The notes under the pieces are model-generated. The model had not been told where the DNA came from. It was given only the letters and a program-made list of their open reading frames with translations, and ran no database searches. 64,000 nucleotides of DNA, from NCBI RefSeq assembly GCF_006345805.1, contig NW_021836128.1, positions 1 through 64,000 on the forward strand, read 5' to 3'. Source of the stretch: Octopus sinensis (taxonomy: Eukaryota). The translations under genes and the position numbers were made by a program. Within the stretch, counting starts at the first letter, position 1. Every line of letters starts with the position of its first letter. Positions 1 to 11,100 of the stretch are shown piece after piece.

Positions 1-1611
1 TCTTTTTCGATGCATAAATTCTTTTTTGTTAAATTTTCGTTAAAAAAAAAAATAAAAGCTCTAATTGTTATCGACCATGAATAGACTGTGCAATTATCAG
101 ATTTTGAAAACCACTAAAAAGGAAAAAGCAAAAAATTATTAGAGATTTACATATTGATTCTTTTTAACTGCCGAAACTGACAAATTCGATTATGCTACTG
201 TTTAGATTTCTTAAAAGATAGAGGCAAATAAAATTTAAATTAGTCATGTAAATTTCAATTTGCCTATATTTAAATCTCCTTGATTTAACAGGCTTTAATT
301 TTTTCCTTATAATACTACAAAGATGAAGCTGATTATCATTTTCTTTACCGAAACAGACAAGTCGATTATGCTAAAGTTTCAATTCCTTTAAACATAGAGG
401 CAATTAAGTATAATGGCTTTGATTGGATAATACACTTTACATAAATTCACTAAATAAATTTACGTAGAAAATTTAATATAAATTACTGATTCGCGTTTAC
501 AAAATCATAAGAATGTCCTATAAAGAGAGATCTGAGAATGTTAACAAACAAGAGAATATGAACCATATAACAAAAAAGAGAAACGAGGGAAGATGTGCTT
601 AAATGTGAGGGAACTTAGAACAGCTGAACAAGGTCAGGACTGCTGTTAGACTCAACTACGGGTAATAGAATTATGCATTCTAGGTTAATTGTTGGGATGA
701 ATGTACGATGGCTCATAAAGGCGCATTCAAGCAGTTGACCGAACATAGAGATATCAAGAATTGTAGCGACCATTTGTTGGGGGAGCATTAGTTGTATTGG
801 CAGGTGATTTTAGACAGACGCTGCCAATTATTCAAAGAGGGACGCCTGCGGATGAATTGAATGCCTGCCTCAAATCGTCATATTGTGGACACACGTGAAA
901 AAGGTAAGCTTAGATGTAAATGTACATGCACATTTACAAGGCGTTAATAGCATATTCCCACAAATCCTTCTAGATATTGGAAATGGGGCAATCACTTCAG
1001 AAATGCACGACCAGAAAAATTAGGCTACCGGAAGAATTATGTATTTTCGTAGAAACAGCAGAAGAATTATTGAATGCCGTCTATTCCGAACTATCTGAAC
1101 ACTACGTGAATTTCGACTGGCTGCGTGAACGAGCTATATTAGCTCCACTTAATGATGAGGTACTTAATATAAATTTAGATTTATTAATGAAAATCCCTGG
1201 CAGAGAAAGAATATATAAATCGGTCGACGTTATTATGGACCATGAAAGGGCCTGCGATAGATTTAAGAGACTACAATTTCCGCTGAAGATAAGTTTTGCT
1301 ATGACAATAAACAAGGCCCAGGGACAGTCTTTAAAGGTAGTAGGCTTATTTTTAGAGAACGAGTGCTTTTCACATGGCCAGCTGTATGTGGGGTGCTCAA
1401 GGGTAGGTAGAAGAGAAATTTATTTATATTTGCCAAGGATGGACGGACTGCAAACATCGTTTATCCACAGGCCTTAGAATAAGGTTATATCAAAGCAGGT
1501 CGCATTTATATATCTACATAAATTTATAGTTATTTAAGGAAACTGCGAGCGTAGCGAGCAGGGCCTCCGCAGGAGCTAGCTCGCAGTGAGCGAAGCGAAC
1601 TGCTGAGCTAG
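1..1611 (+). mobile_element. Non-autonomous Helitron, 3' portion (runs off the window start)
   Basis: Ends in CTAG (1608-1611) followed by T, with a GC-rich hairpin region upstream (ctgcgagc 1543-1550 pairs with gctcgcag 1579-1586). Carries a PIF1-like helicase remnant. Near-identical inverted copy at 47195-49873. Confidence 0.9.
760..1477 (+). pseudogene. Helitron PIF1-like helicase C-terminal remnant, internally deleted
   Basis: Motifs [58 protein letters not shown]. The segment normally lying between YKSVD and FKRLQFP is missing, and there is no Rep (HUH) domain. Confidence 0.85.
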
Positions 1612-2059
1612 TTGGTTAATATAGTAACCAAAAAATGCAAATCTGTTAAAATCATGTATCAAGAATATTTTTTGTAAGAATGTTAATTATAATATTAAAT
1701 CCACAAGTGGAGGGTCATATGAGAGACAATCTTTTCCATTAATTTTCTCTCGAGTACGTGTAAAAATAAATAAAGATAAAGCTTGACTGGAAAAAATTAA
1801 ACACCGAGTAAGTACATAATGAGCTACTTTTCTTAAAATGGACTTAAATCGAAAGTTAGTTCTTTGACAATACAGGAAAGTCGATATGAGTTACAGCAAT
1901 CGTGCCTTATCTTGTGCTATCCTTCGTAAAGAAATGTTGGAAGAGATATCACTGTTTTGTACTCGGTAAAGATAAGCCAACCAAAAAATAAATAAGGGAA
2001 ATCAAATAATAGAAATTGTTGTATTTAATAAAATGAGAATTCGGCAACAATAAAAGTAT

Positions 2060-3477
2060 TATTATTATTATTATTTGCAACATACGTAGAATCATATTAG
2101 TTATAATTTTACTCGTGCAGCATTAAAAACAATCCTTTGAACCAGCCTCCTCCAACCTCCTCTGTCGTGAGCGAGTTTCCTCAGCTCGTCCAGATCCTCA
2201 CCACTCCTTAGCCTTTTCTTCACACATTTCAGGTCTCCGTCAAGTGTTTCCGGCAGCGTAACACGTGGACGTCCACGGAAGCTCGATCCCTCTTTCAGGA
2301 AGTAGCCCTCCATTGCTATGTTAGCTGGGGCAAGCATGTCCATTCGTAGAATATGGCCAAATAACCTCCACCGCATATTGACGATTTCCACACTCAGAGG
2401 GCCAGTTCTGCATCTATTGTATAGCGATTCCTGGTTGATTCTTATAGGCCAGTTCAATCCCAGTAGGGATCTAAGTTGCCTGCGGTGAAAAGAATCGAGT
2501 CCACGTTGTTCAGTACTAGACATTCCCCAGGTCGCCGAATTATATGTCAGGATTGGTTTGACAAAGGCTTCATACATCCTCAGACGAAGTGACGTACAGA
2601 GTCGTCGTTTGCCGATCCACTCTTTCTTTATCTTGTTCATCGTGGCCCAAGCGAGAGCCTTTCTTCTGACAATATCATGGCCGTCCCCAAGTAGAGAACC
2701 GAGTTTGTTCGTTTTGCGCCAGGCTTCACTTGAGCTGCTCTCCATCCTCATGATTTCAACGATGTCGGTTTTTCCAACGTTCATTTTAAGGAACCATCTG
2801 TTCAGCTCAGCAGGTGCCACTTCAAGGAGTCGAAGTAAGGCCGATTTGTCGTCTGACACGAAGTCGACGTCATCTGCATATACAATTTCGACGATATTGC
2901 CAGCATAGAATTTTCGAAGGTCTCGTAGTGCCGTCTCCAGATAGATCACGAATAGCAACGGCGAGAGGGCGTCTCCCTGAGGGGTACCGACGTTGCACGT
3001 GAATTCACGGGAAAACGCCGTGCCGACCCGCACCTTGAGCTTTGTGTTCGATAGTAGTACTCTTATCATATTGACAGAGTCAGGGTCCAGGAATTGTTCC
3101 AGTATTTTGAGGAGTAGACCACGGCGTACCGTGTCAAAGGCCCTAGACAGGTCTATCCCAGGACTGTTGTTGCACTTTTGTATCTCTGGGTGATAGCGCA
3201 GTACCACTTGTGGGCCCAGACAGCATCGGCGGTGGATCTTCCTGTCCTAAATCCACTATGACTCGGGGATAGATAGTTGTCCACTTGTTCTCTTATTCGG
3301 TTCAGTGTAACTAATCCAAAAGTTTCCGTAAGGTGTTTAGCAAGATTATAGGGCGTAGATTTTCGACAGGCCCAGCCTGCTTGTTAGGCTTTTGGATCGG
3401 TATTAATAATCCGGAATCAAGACCGAGGAATTCCTTTTTCATAAACATACCATTGAGTAGCTCCGCCAGTTTGTCTG
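2060..3477 (-). mobile_element. 5'-truncated RTE-like non-LTR retrotransposon
   Basis: RT motifs LRPIILL, GIDLSRAFDTV, GTPQGDALSPLLF, YADD. (TAA)n 3' tail. 9-bp TSD TAAAAGTAT (2051-2059 / 3478-3486). Empty site visible near 40155-40170. Confidence 0.92.
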
Positions 3478-4199
3478 TAAAAGTATAAAAAACATTAATA
3501 ATCATTAAGTAATGTTGTTTGAGTAATAGCACTCAAAAAACATTAAAAATAAATTATTAAATTGTCTGAAAAATAAAATTATAAATAGGTCAAATCAAGA
3601 ATCTATTTGACCACTGGAATTCAAAAATTAGGTCATTATTTTAAATTATAGACAAAGGAATAATACATATCGCAATATTGGGAGAAACAAACTCATAACC
3701 AACAATTTTTAATTCATGGAAGGTTCTGAGCAAATATTAATATGCATCAAGTCCTTGAATAAAAATAATAATTATTTGCAATAAAAGAACATGCGACTAG
3801 TTGACGCAGTTAATTAAGCATGTGAATTTGTACAGTTTTAGGTTTACCATTTAATAGGCTAAACTCAATAATATAAATAAATATATAATTTAAGTTTTTT
3901 AAATTTGCGTGGAAGAATCATGTTGATTTTAAATGAATGTAATAATACCATTATTATACACTTGTCTGTGAAAAGTCCCATTGAGTTGAGAAGTAGTTAA
4001 TGTGGCTTAATTATTTTCAATTTACAGATTTACTTCCAATTCGTTCAAATGGCTGCAAAAGAATGTCAACTTTACCAAGACCGGTTTTTCGCGAATTGAA
4101 AATTGATGGAATGACATAAAATTGTACCATTATTCATAATTCTGAGAAATATTTTAATCAAGATAAATCAATTTTATCCATCTGGAAAATACTTCGAGC

Positions 4200-4480
4200 T
4201 TGACCTTATACTTTTGGTATAGATTCTCCCTCTTCGCCCAATGAGGAAGTTAGTCATTCACTTTTTTAGGATGGAGGGGATTTGCTGAGAAATATTTTCC
4301 TAGTCAGTATTTTCTTAGGCACGGAGTCGAAAGTCTTGTGAATGTCCACCGGACACATAACCGTCTTTTCCCTCTTGAACCAGGGCTCCTATTGCTACTT
4401 GCCCAAGGTTTTTCAACAGAATTATAGAAATTCCGTCATGTCCACAAAACCCGTCCTTCTTAAATTTTGGATAGCCGGGA
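4200..4480 (-). pseudogene. Decayed non-LTR reverse transcriptase remnant (second copy ~40850-41160)
   Basis: Fragments GHDGISIILLKNL and DIHKTFDSVPKKIL resemble early RT motifs; interrupted by stops and frameshifts. Confidence 0.55.
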
Positions 4481-5189
4481 TATGGAAATATTCAAATAAA
4501 TAATCAATCACATTAATGTCAAAGAAAATTCTTCATAGCTGTCCATTTAAGGATTAAGATACCAATGGAGATTAAAATCGAGGAGGTCATTTTACAGAGG
4601 ACCAAATCTTACTGCTTGACATGTATCTCTCCGAAATCAAGTAAATATTTTTGACCCATTTGTGAATATGCACATTTTATTGTCTTCATGAATACTATAC
4701 AGTCAGTAATTTAAAATACTAAAAGTAGAAGGGGCGACTGATTTTTGGCGATCGAAAATAGCATTTGATGGCATGTAACATTAATTTTAAATAAGATTTA
4801 TATAGTTCTGATAATCAGACTAAAGTGCAAAAGCATCTACATTCAGGTAAAGAAGATTACTATAGTAATTCAGTGATCTAATGATTCAAAATATTTGAAT
4901 ATACATATCGTATAATTAACAATTTTAAATCTCCTCCAATAATTATACTTCTGTCAGTGTATCTTACTAAGACCTTTAATCACATTTCAAGACATTTTTT
5001 GAGTACTAAAATTGCTATGACTGATATTCCAACAACTCTGAAACGTCGGCTTTTTAGAATTATTGGTATGTACTAATAATATAATCGATATTCTCCCTTA
5101 CAAGAAATGTTTGAATATAAATTGTTATAATAAGAAAAAAAATGTATAACCAAATATTTAAATCTTCTAAATAATAACTGGAAATGTTG

Positions 5190-5688
5190 AAATAGATCAA
5201 TTTGAAACCAAAAAATACTCGACCTTATTTATGCACATTTAACAGATATTCAAAAAAAGTAAATAAATACTTTCCAGAATTGGCCAATTTTAATTTAAAA
5301 TTAATTCGTACAGTAAATAAATACTTTCCCGATCCACATCTATAGTCGATGAAAATATTCAAGAGGCTTTTATTGATATAATCAATATTTTGATTACTAA
5401 AGAATTGTATGATAAACTTCCTTTGTCAGAATTTTGGTGAGAAATGTGTAATTTTTATCCTTTCGTAAGCGGATTAAATTTTTTGCTTATTTTCCGAGAA
5501 CCTTCAGCACTTCTCAATATAAAAGAAGATGACTTGAAAAATTTGCATCAAAAAAACATCAACCTTCTCATTAATTTTATTTTCTTTTTAATAATAAATT
5601 GTGTTTTAAAAAGTAATCTTTTTCTGGGAATTATTTTATTCGGTTTAGAGAGAGATCCGGTATATTTAAATGCCGGTTAAGACCACTG
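5190..5688 (+). mobile_element. hAT-like transposon 3' remnant
   Basis: Broken peptides HLTDIQKKVNKYFPE and ENIQEAFIDII..KELYDKLPLSEFW resemble the hAT C-terminus. Ends in ACCACTG (reverse complement CAGTGGT, a Charlie/Buster-like terminus). Confidence 0.55.
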
Positions 5689-6310
5689 TACTTTTTAATT
5701 TCTTTTAATTATTATTAAACCAATTTTTAAAAAAATAACAGCCAATTGATTGTAACGTTAACAATTGACGCCGTCGACCATTCCACGAACATTTGGATTG
5801 TACTGAATATACTGTCGTTGGGATTTTACAGCACGACAGGGTCCAAATTAGTTCGACGAATATGTTGATCAATCATGAGGCCCCTTACGAGATCGATATT
5901 AATAGACTAGCTATCGTTGGAAAACTATAAAAATTTTGTTTCGGAATAAACTTCTTTATATCTTAAATTTTTGTTCTTTTATGATTGCAATCGAAAATAG
6001 ACAACTATTTGCTATTTCAAAAAAAAAGAATTTGAATTACTTTTCCATATTTTCATTTTTGTTTAAATAAAATGAAATCGAAACTAAAATACACTCCATA
6101 AAGATTTAAACGCGAAATTGACTAAATTGTTAACAAAAAGCGTCATTTAAACATTTAAAAAAATTAACAATTCAAACAATAACGAATCTATTCTAAGCAA
6201 ATATTTTCATTATTCCTGTACGATTTTAAAGCAGATTTTGTAGTAAGCTATTTATTAATTTATAAATTATCAAATTAACGAAAAATCGTCCTGCACAGTA
6301 TTTGTCTTTA

Positions 6311-7452
6311 TGAATGAATGAATGAATGAATGAATTTTTATTAACGGAAAAGCCGAAAAAGAGGGAGAAAGTTAATGAGACAACGTATGCCTCTTCTTCG
6401 TTGTTTCCCTCTTTTTTTTTTTTTTTTAATATTTAATTCGAAAGGAAAAGGCTCTCTCAAGAACACTTCCAACCGTTTCCGTCGCGTCTTCCATCACTTG
6501 AGGGATGGGTTGGTCCAACTGGAGTCCATTTGCCAATTTGATGGCATATCGCCTCGTCTTTTCGAGCTTAGCGATAATGCCATCCCTTTCAGCAGTAGGA
6601 TACCATCCCTCGAACCCGTAGGTAAGCAATGGTTCGACGCACGTTTTATAAACAATATAAAAACGTTTCCGGGGAAAGGTGGAAGTGAATTATGCTCCTG
6701 AGAATTTGAGCGCATTTCCTTCTCCTCGAGTCGATGTATCTGAAGTAAGAACCCTTGGATCCAACTTCAACCCCAAGGTATTTCAGGTTCTCCGTTACTG
6801 TAAACCCATAGAGGTTTCTCGGCGGTTTTCGTTTTGCTCCCTGTTTTGCAATCCAAGTGGCGGTGCACTTTTCTTTTGCAAGCGTCAGTCCTTTTGATAT
6901 GCACCATTCTTCCACTCTTGTCACGTATCCTTTTAACTTCCTCCACGAGATGTCTTTTCTCCACGAAGCATCCGTTATTAATATGTCGTCCGCGTAGATC
7001 ATGAGACGACTGGTAGGATCTTTCGGTTTTGGAATATCAGCAACGTAAATATTAAAAAGCAGGGGGCTCAAGACCGAGCCTTGAGGTACCCCTCTTTTGA
7101 GATCGACAGATTCCGACAAACGGTTTCCGCATCGTATGTATGACCTTCTCATTGATAAATAGCTCTTCAGCCAATTGACCGTTTTTAGACCCGGGTTTGC
7201 TCTTGGCGACACTTTCCAAGAGGCCCAGGTGCCATACGCTGTCAAAAGCTTTTGAGACATCGAGGCAGATAGCAATAGTCGCTGTATTATTAGCAAGACT
7301 AAGCGAGATGACTTTCTCGAGTTCTCCGAAACAATCACCACAGGATCTTTTTCGTCGGAATCCCCACTGCTCTACTGCAAGTGCACCTGATTCCTCTACG
7401 AAGTTCGAAAGTCTTGTGAAGACAATCCGTTCCATAATTTTAGAGACGGAGA
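6311..7452 (-). mobile_element. 5'-truncated non-LTR retrotransposon (RT C-terminal half, frameshifted) with (TTCA)n tail
   Basis: Motifs QWGFR, LDVSKAFDSV, GVPQGSVLSPLLF, YADD, KYLGV across ORFs 7052-7435, 6646-7341 and 6426-6629. (TGAA)n on the plus strand at 6311-6334. No TSD found. Confidence 0.85.
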
Positions 7453-7568
7453 TTTCTCTATTTGGACAATATAAAATTTTATAATTATTTTACTTCGGAT
7501 CGCTATTTCCTGGTATCTCTATTTACTGTAACAAGTATTTTAAACTTTGTAATACAGTTATTGCATAG

Positions 7569-9200
7569 ATGGAAGAGGGAAGAAGCTCCCTACAGAAAAA
7601 GATCTCTGATGCAGTTGTTGACTTTTTTGGCCTATCAGAAAATGGTTCAGACCAAGATTGGGACAATCGAAGAACTTATTTTATGAACAGGAGCTTCATG
7701 AGGGGAAACACTACACAGGAAACCCATTCCGTGAACAGTCCACACAGAAACAAACCATCTATTGTAGAATTGGCTACCCACAAAATACCAATGTGGACAT
7801 TGCAGAGTATATTGTCCAGTCTAATAGCGAATGTGCAGAATAGAGGCACTCGAGACTGTTCCCTATTGGTCATGATTGTGTCTCATTCTGCGGCCAAACA
7901 CGTCGCCCGCCTGGTGGACATATCCCTCCTTCGTATTATGTACATGCACCAACTCAACATGTGTATGTGTGAGTGTAGTCTTCGATGCCCTCATCCCTCA
8001 CCTGCGACCAGCATCCTTCTAGTGGAGGCCCTGTGTCGAAGGTCTCCCAATGGGTGGAGTAATATACACAGAATGCATGGAAGGGGCAGGCCAATCCTGC
8101 TGCCTCCGTCTTTGAGGGACTATGTAACAAATATTTGGGTGAGTAGAATGCTCATTCTACTCTTGTCTCCTTCCGAAGTGGTCAAGAAGGAGGCTGTTCT
8201 GCAAGCATGGGGTATTTGGCACAGTCCACTGCAGTCACTGACCAGTTGTGTGAATGTGTCTTTCGTTCTTTACTGTCTCTGATGAGTGAGACCAATTCTG
8301 TGCGTGTCCTCGATGATTAGGACTGGATGGAGTCTGTTCAAATGTACTCCCAACATTACTCATTCGGTGTCAGGAGAGCATTTTCAGATATGATCGACTG
8401 TGGACTATAGTGGGCTATACTGGTGGGGAATTTATAGTTATTAATTCATTCGAGGGTATCATTTATTCATTATTGGTAGAACTTGATCAATCACATTATT
8501 TAGTGGAGTGATCGTGTTCTCAGTCTGAAGGGGGAATTTCTCCCCTCCTCGAAATGCTGAGTGTGTTGGAGCAAACTCGTCCCTCTGTATGCTACACTAT
8601 TGGCATATTCCTCGACAAGTCCATAGTGCTGTATTCCAGAAATGGTTGTATTTGGAATTAATGCCTCAGTCGGACTTGACGTGGCCCATCGTTATTATCT
8701 ATTTTCACAAATTGTTTGTTCTTGGTGACAAATTGACATGTCATTTTCCGGAGTCCATTGGTGACATTCTGAAGTGTGTGCTTTATTTGTTTGACAGTTT
8801 GGAACATGCCAAACTCAATGTTATTCTTTTTTGCCATTTTAGAGGAAATGTTTGTCCGTCTGCTGTGTTTACTCTCCCTCGCGTTTCCGAGGAGTCCTCC
8901 GTGTTATTTTAAACTCAGTGGACGACCTGGAGAATGTCCTGCCGTACCTCTTTCACCCCAGATTGTGTAGTACCACATTCTGATGGTTATAGACAATGTT
9001 AACTATTTGCGAGCCAATTATGACATTTTCTCGATTCCCGTGTCATTATGTGTCAATTTCAGTCCACTATACAGACTCATTAGTATATTCCACCATCTTC
9101 CATTGTAAGAGATACCTCTCTGGTCTATTTTCAGTGTCTTCCAAACTATCTTCTCGAGTATTGATTTCATCAAAAAGCAGTTGGCGGCTATAAACCATGA
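7569..9200 (+). pseudogene. Possible iRhom (inactive rhomboid)-like gene, degenerate copy 1
   Basis: ISDAVVDFFGLSENGSDQDWDNRR resembles the iRhom N-terminal 'ADWFGVS..W.R' motif. Downstream is Cys-rich and hydrophobic. Many indels relative to copy 2. Assignment rests on recalled motifs only. Confidence 0.4.
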
Positions 9201-10282
9201 TTAAAAATTGATATATCAATTATCATGTCATCTTCTGAACACAGCAAATAACACGTAGAGGGCTACTAAAAGTAGAGGGCCGTCAGAATAGTTAGATGAT
9301 AGAGACTATGATGACTAGAAAAGTTTTGAAACAACACTCGGAACTTACAGAGAGATTCATTATCCCCCATTCTGTTTGTTATCTCTTTGGAAAAAGTACA
9401 AATATGATACCTTATGCAGGTAGTGGACTATTCGTTTTATTCAGATAAAATTTGATTTATTGCTGTGAGGTGAGATAAAGAAAAAAGGTGAGCAACAATG
9501 ATGGAAGTGAATTATTGCATAATTAAAAAGTAGTGCCAATATCTACTAACATGAATCTTCCTAATTTGTTCGCAACCCTAATTTGTTGGTGTATAGTTCA
9601 TCATGGGATGTCTTATTGATATAAATAAAATGTATATTTATTAAAAATTGTTTAATTAGAATATTTTAATGGCAAGCCTAATGGTAATAATTTAGAGCAC
9701 GCTGATACACTTAGTTGATTTAGTTTGTTGTTGTTTTTTATTTTTTTCTATATTGGTTTATTTCTATTGATTATGAAGGAATAATTCTTATGAACTTTAA
9801 TTTTGTGATTATACAGTTTTAAATTTCATCATCTTAATCCTTAAACTTGTGACACTGTATATTAAAAACAGTCGAGTTCCTACTGTAAAGAAAACGTGGT
9901 TTGTCTACGCGAATCATCTCTAATGAACGCGTTCTCATTTGGGTCTAGTCAACACGTTCATAGAAATAAGTAAGGTTGATCTATGTATATTGAATTGGCC
10001 GACATTGCATATAAAGTTTTGTCAGTAAATAAGTTTAAATCTCTGTCACTGATTTTAAACAAGTCGCCTATCAAACCTTGCTAAAGAGCAAATGGAAATA
10101 CTACTATAAAATCTCAAACTTATTTTTGAAACATTCATGATATTAACATAAAATATGGTAGAGTCCCATTCACCTTTGACTCAACTTACTCAGGCGAGCA
10201 AGTTTTCTTAAGCATTATAAAATCCAAGAAGACCAAAGTCATGTTTCAAAGTTCCGAAATTATTTTTTGTACCAAAGTTTAA

Positions 10283-10892
10283 TTATAAAACATCATAATC
10301 AGCAAACATATCAACAGTGACCTTTGGAATGACAGCAGACGATCCATTAAAGACATCCTCGATCTGTTCGCACGTGAATTGATATATATTCATCTCTCCA
10401 TCACTCACCAAACTGTCCGCCAATCCAATCAGTCTCTCCAATCCCCCCGAGTCACCCTTTCCCTCGTCCTTTCCACATTTCCGCTTTCTTCCCCACCGCT
10501 CACTCGCCTCCCTGTCGTCATGTTTTGGTGGCCTCGGGTTGAAGGTTTGTTGATCGAGTTGGTCCATCCAGTTGTCACGGATTCTTTTTGAGGACTGCAT
10601 AACAAACATTCCATTTTCTTCCACGAATCCTTCCTCCATTTCATTCTCCATGTTAAATGGAGTGATTGGAATATTATTGTTAAATTGTTCTTTTAATATT
10701 AATTATTTTTTATTTTTAAATTAATTAAAATTAATACCTTCAATCAATTCGTTTGTGAAGTCTTGAAAGGAGGTCGCCCCTGAAACTAGCAAAATTAATA
10801 AAATAATACTAACCATGGGAATATAAAATGAGTCGATTGTACGACGCAGTAGAAACTTCAGTAATCAGCCAGGAAATGTTACTGGAGGCCAT
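10283..10892 (-). CDS. CD2BP2: CD2BP2 (U5-52K/Lin1)-like spliceosomal protein, 3 predicted exons; no GYF domain detected
   Basis: ITPFNMENEMEEG..IRDNWMD, LIGLADSLV..NIYQFT and DMFAD match recalled CD2BP2 blocks. GT-AG introns at 10786-10813 (28 nt) and 10690-10737 (48 nt) give an open frame from the ATG at 10892. Confidence 0.7.
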
Positions 10893-10919
10893 GGACGAGT
10901 AGGGCCCTGTCGGACTCCT

Positions 10920-10960
10920 AGAATGTTCGGGATCTAGAATGTTCTAGTATGTTCTAGAAC
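10920..10960. promoter_or_regulatory. Heat-shock element (alternating nGAAn array)
   Basis: aGAAt-gTTCt-aGtAt-gTTCt-aGAAc at 10936-10960 (5 pentamers, 1 mismatch), plus aGAAt-gTTCg at 10920-10929. Confidence 0.65.
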
Positions 10961-11100
10961 AATTATTCCCGCCAGATTTCCGCACTAGAAGAAAGGCGGG
11001 AGTTGAACTATTAACCACCCTATGTTCAATAGATGAGTCACGTGTGTGTAAAACCATATCAGGCTACATAGACCTGCTACTTGAGGTCAGTCATGCCCTT

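Larger units (their letters stand above)
1735..5194 (+). repeat. Segmental duplication block A, copy 1 (copy 2 at 39838-41879)
   Basis: Direct, near-identical match by eye. Copy 1 additionally contains the RTE insertion at 2060-3477. Confidence 0.9.
5190..9832 (+). repeat. Segmental duplication block B, copy 1 (copy 2 at 30830-34453)
   Basis: Direct match. Copy 1 has an extra segment at 5769-7532; copy 2 has an extra pogo derivative at 30964-31638. Confidence 0.9.

Noticed and set aside
760-976. Frameshifts in the first Helitron copy (and in UCK copy 2 and BPTF) as evidence of biological decay
   Set aside because: Mostly single-base differences in homopolymers relative to otherwise identical copies, the typical long-read error pattern. 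Not decidable without reads.
2558-3193. Plus-strand ORFs opposite the RTE (and similar antisense ORFs over the CRE and Helitron copies)
   Set aside because: Shadow ORFs on the antisense strand of GC-richer TE coding sequence, with no independent motifs.
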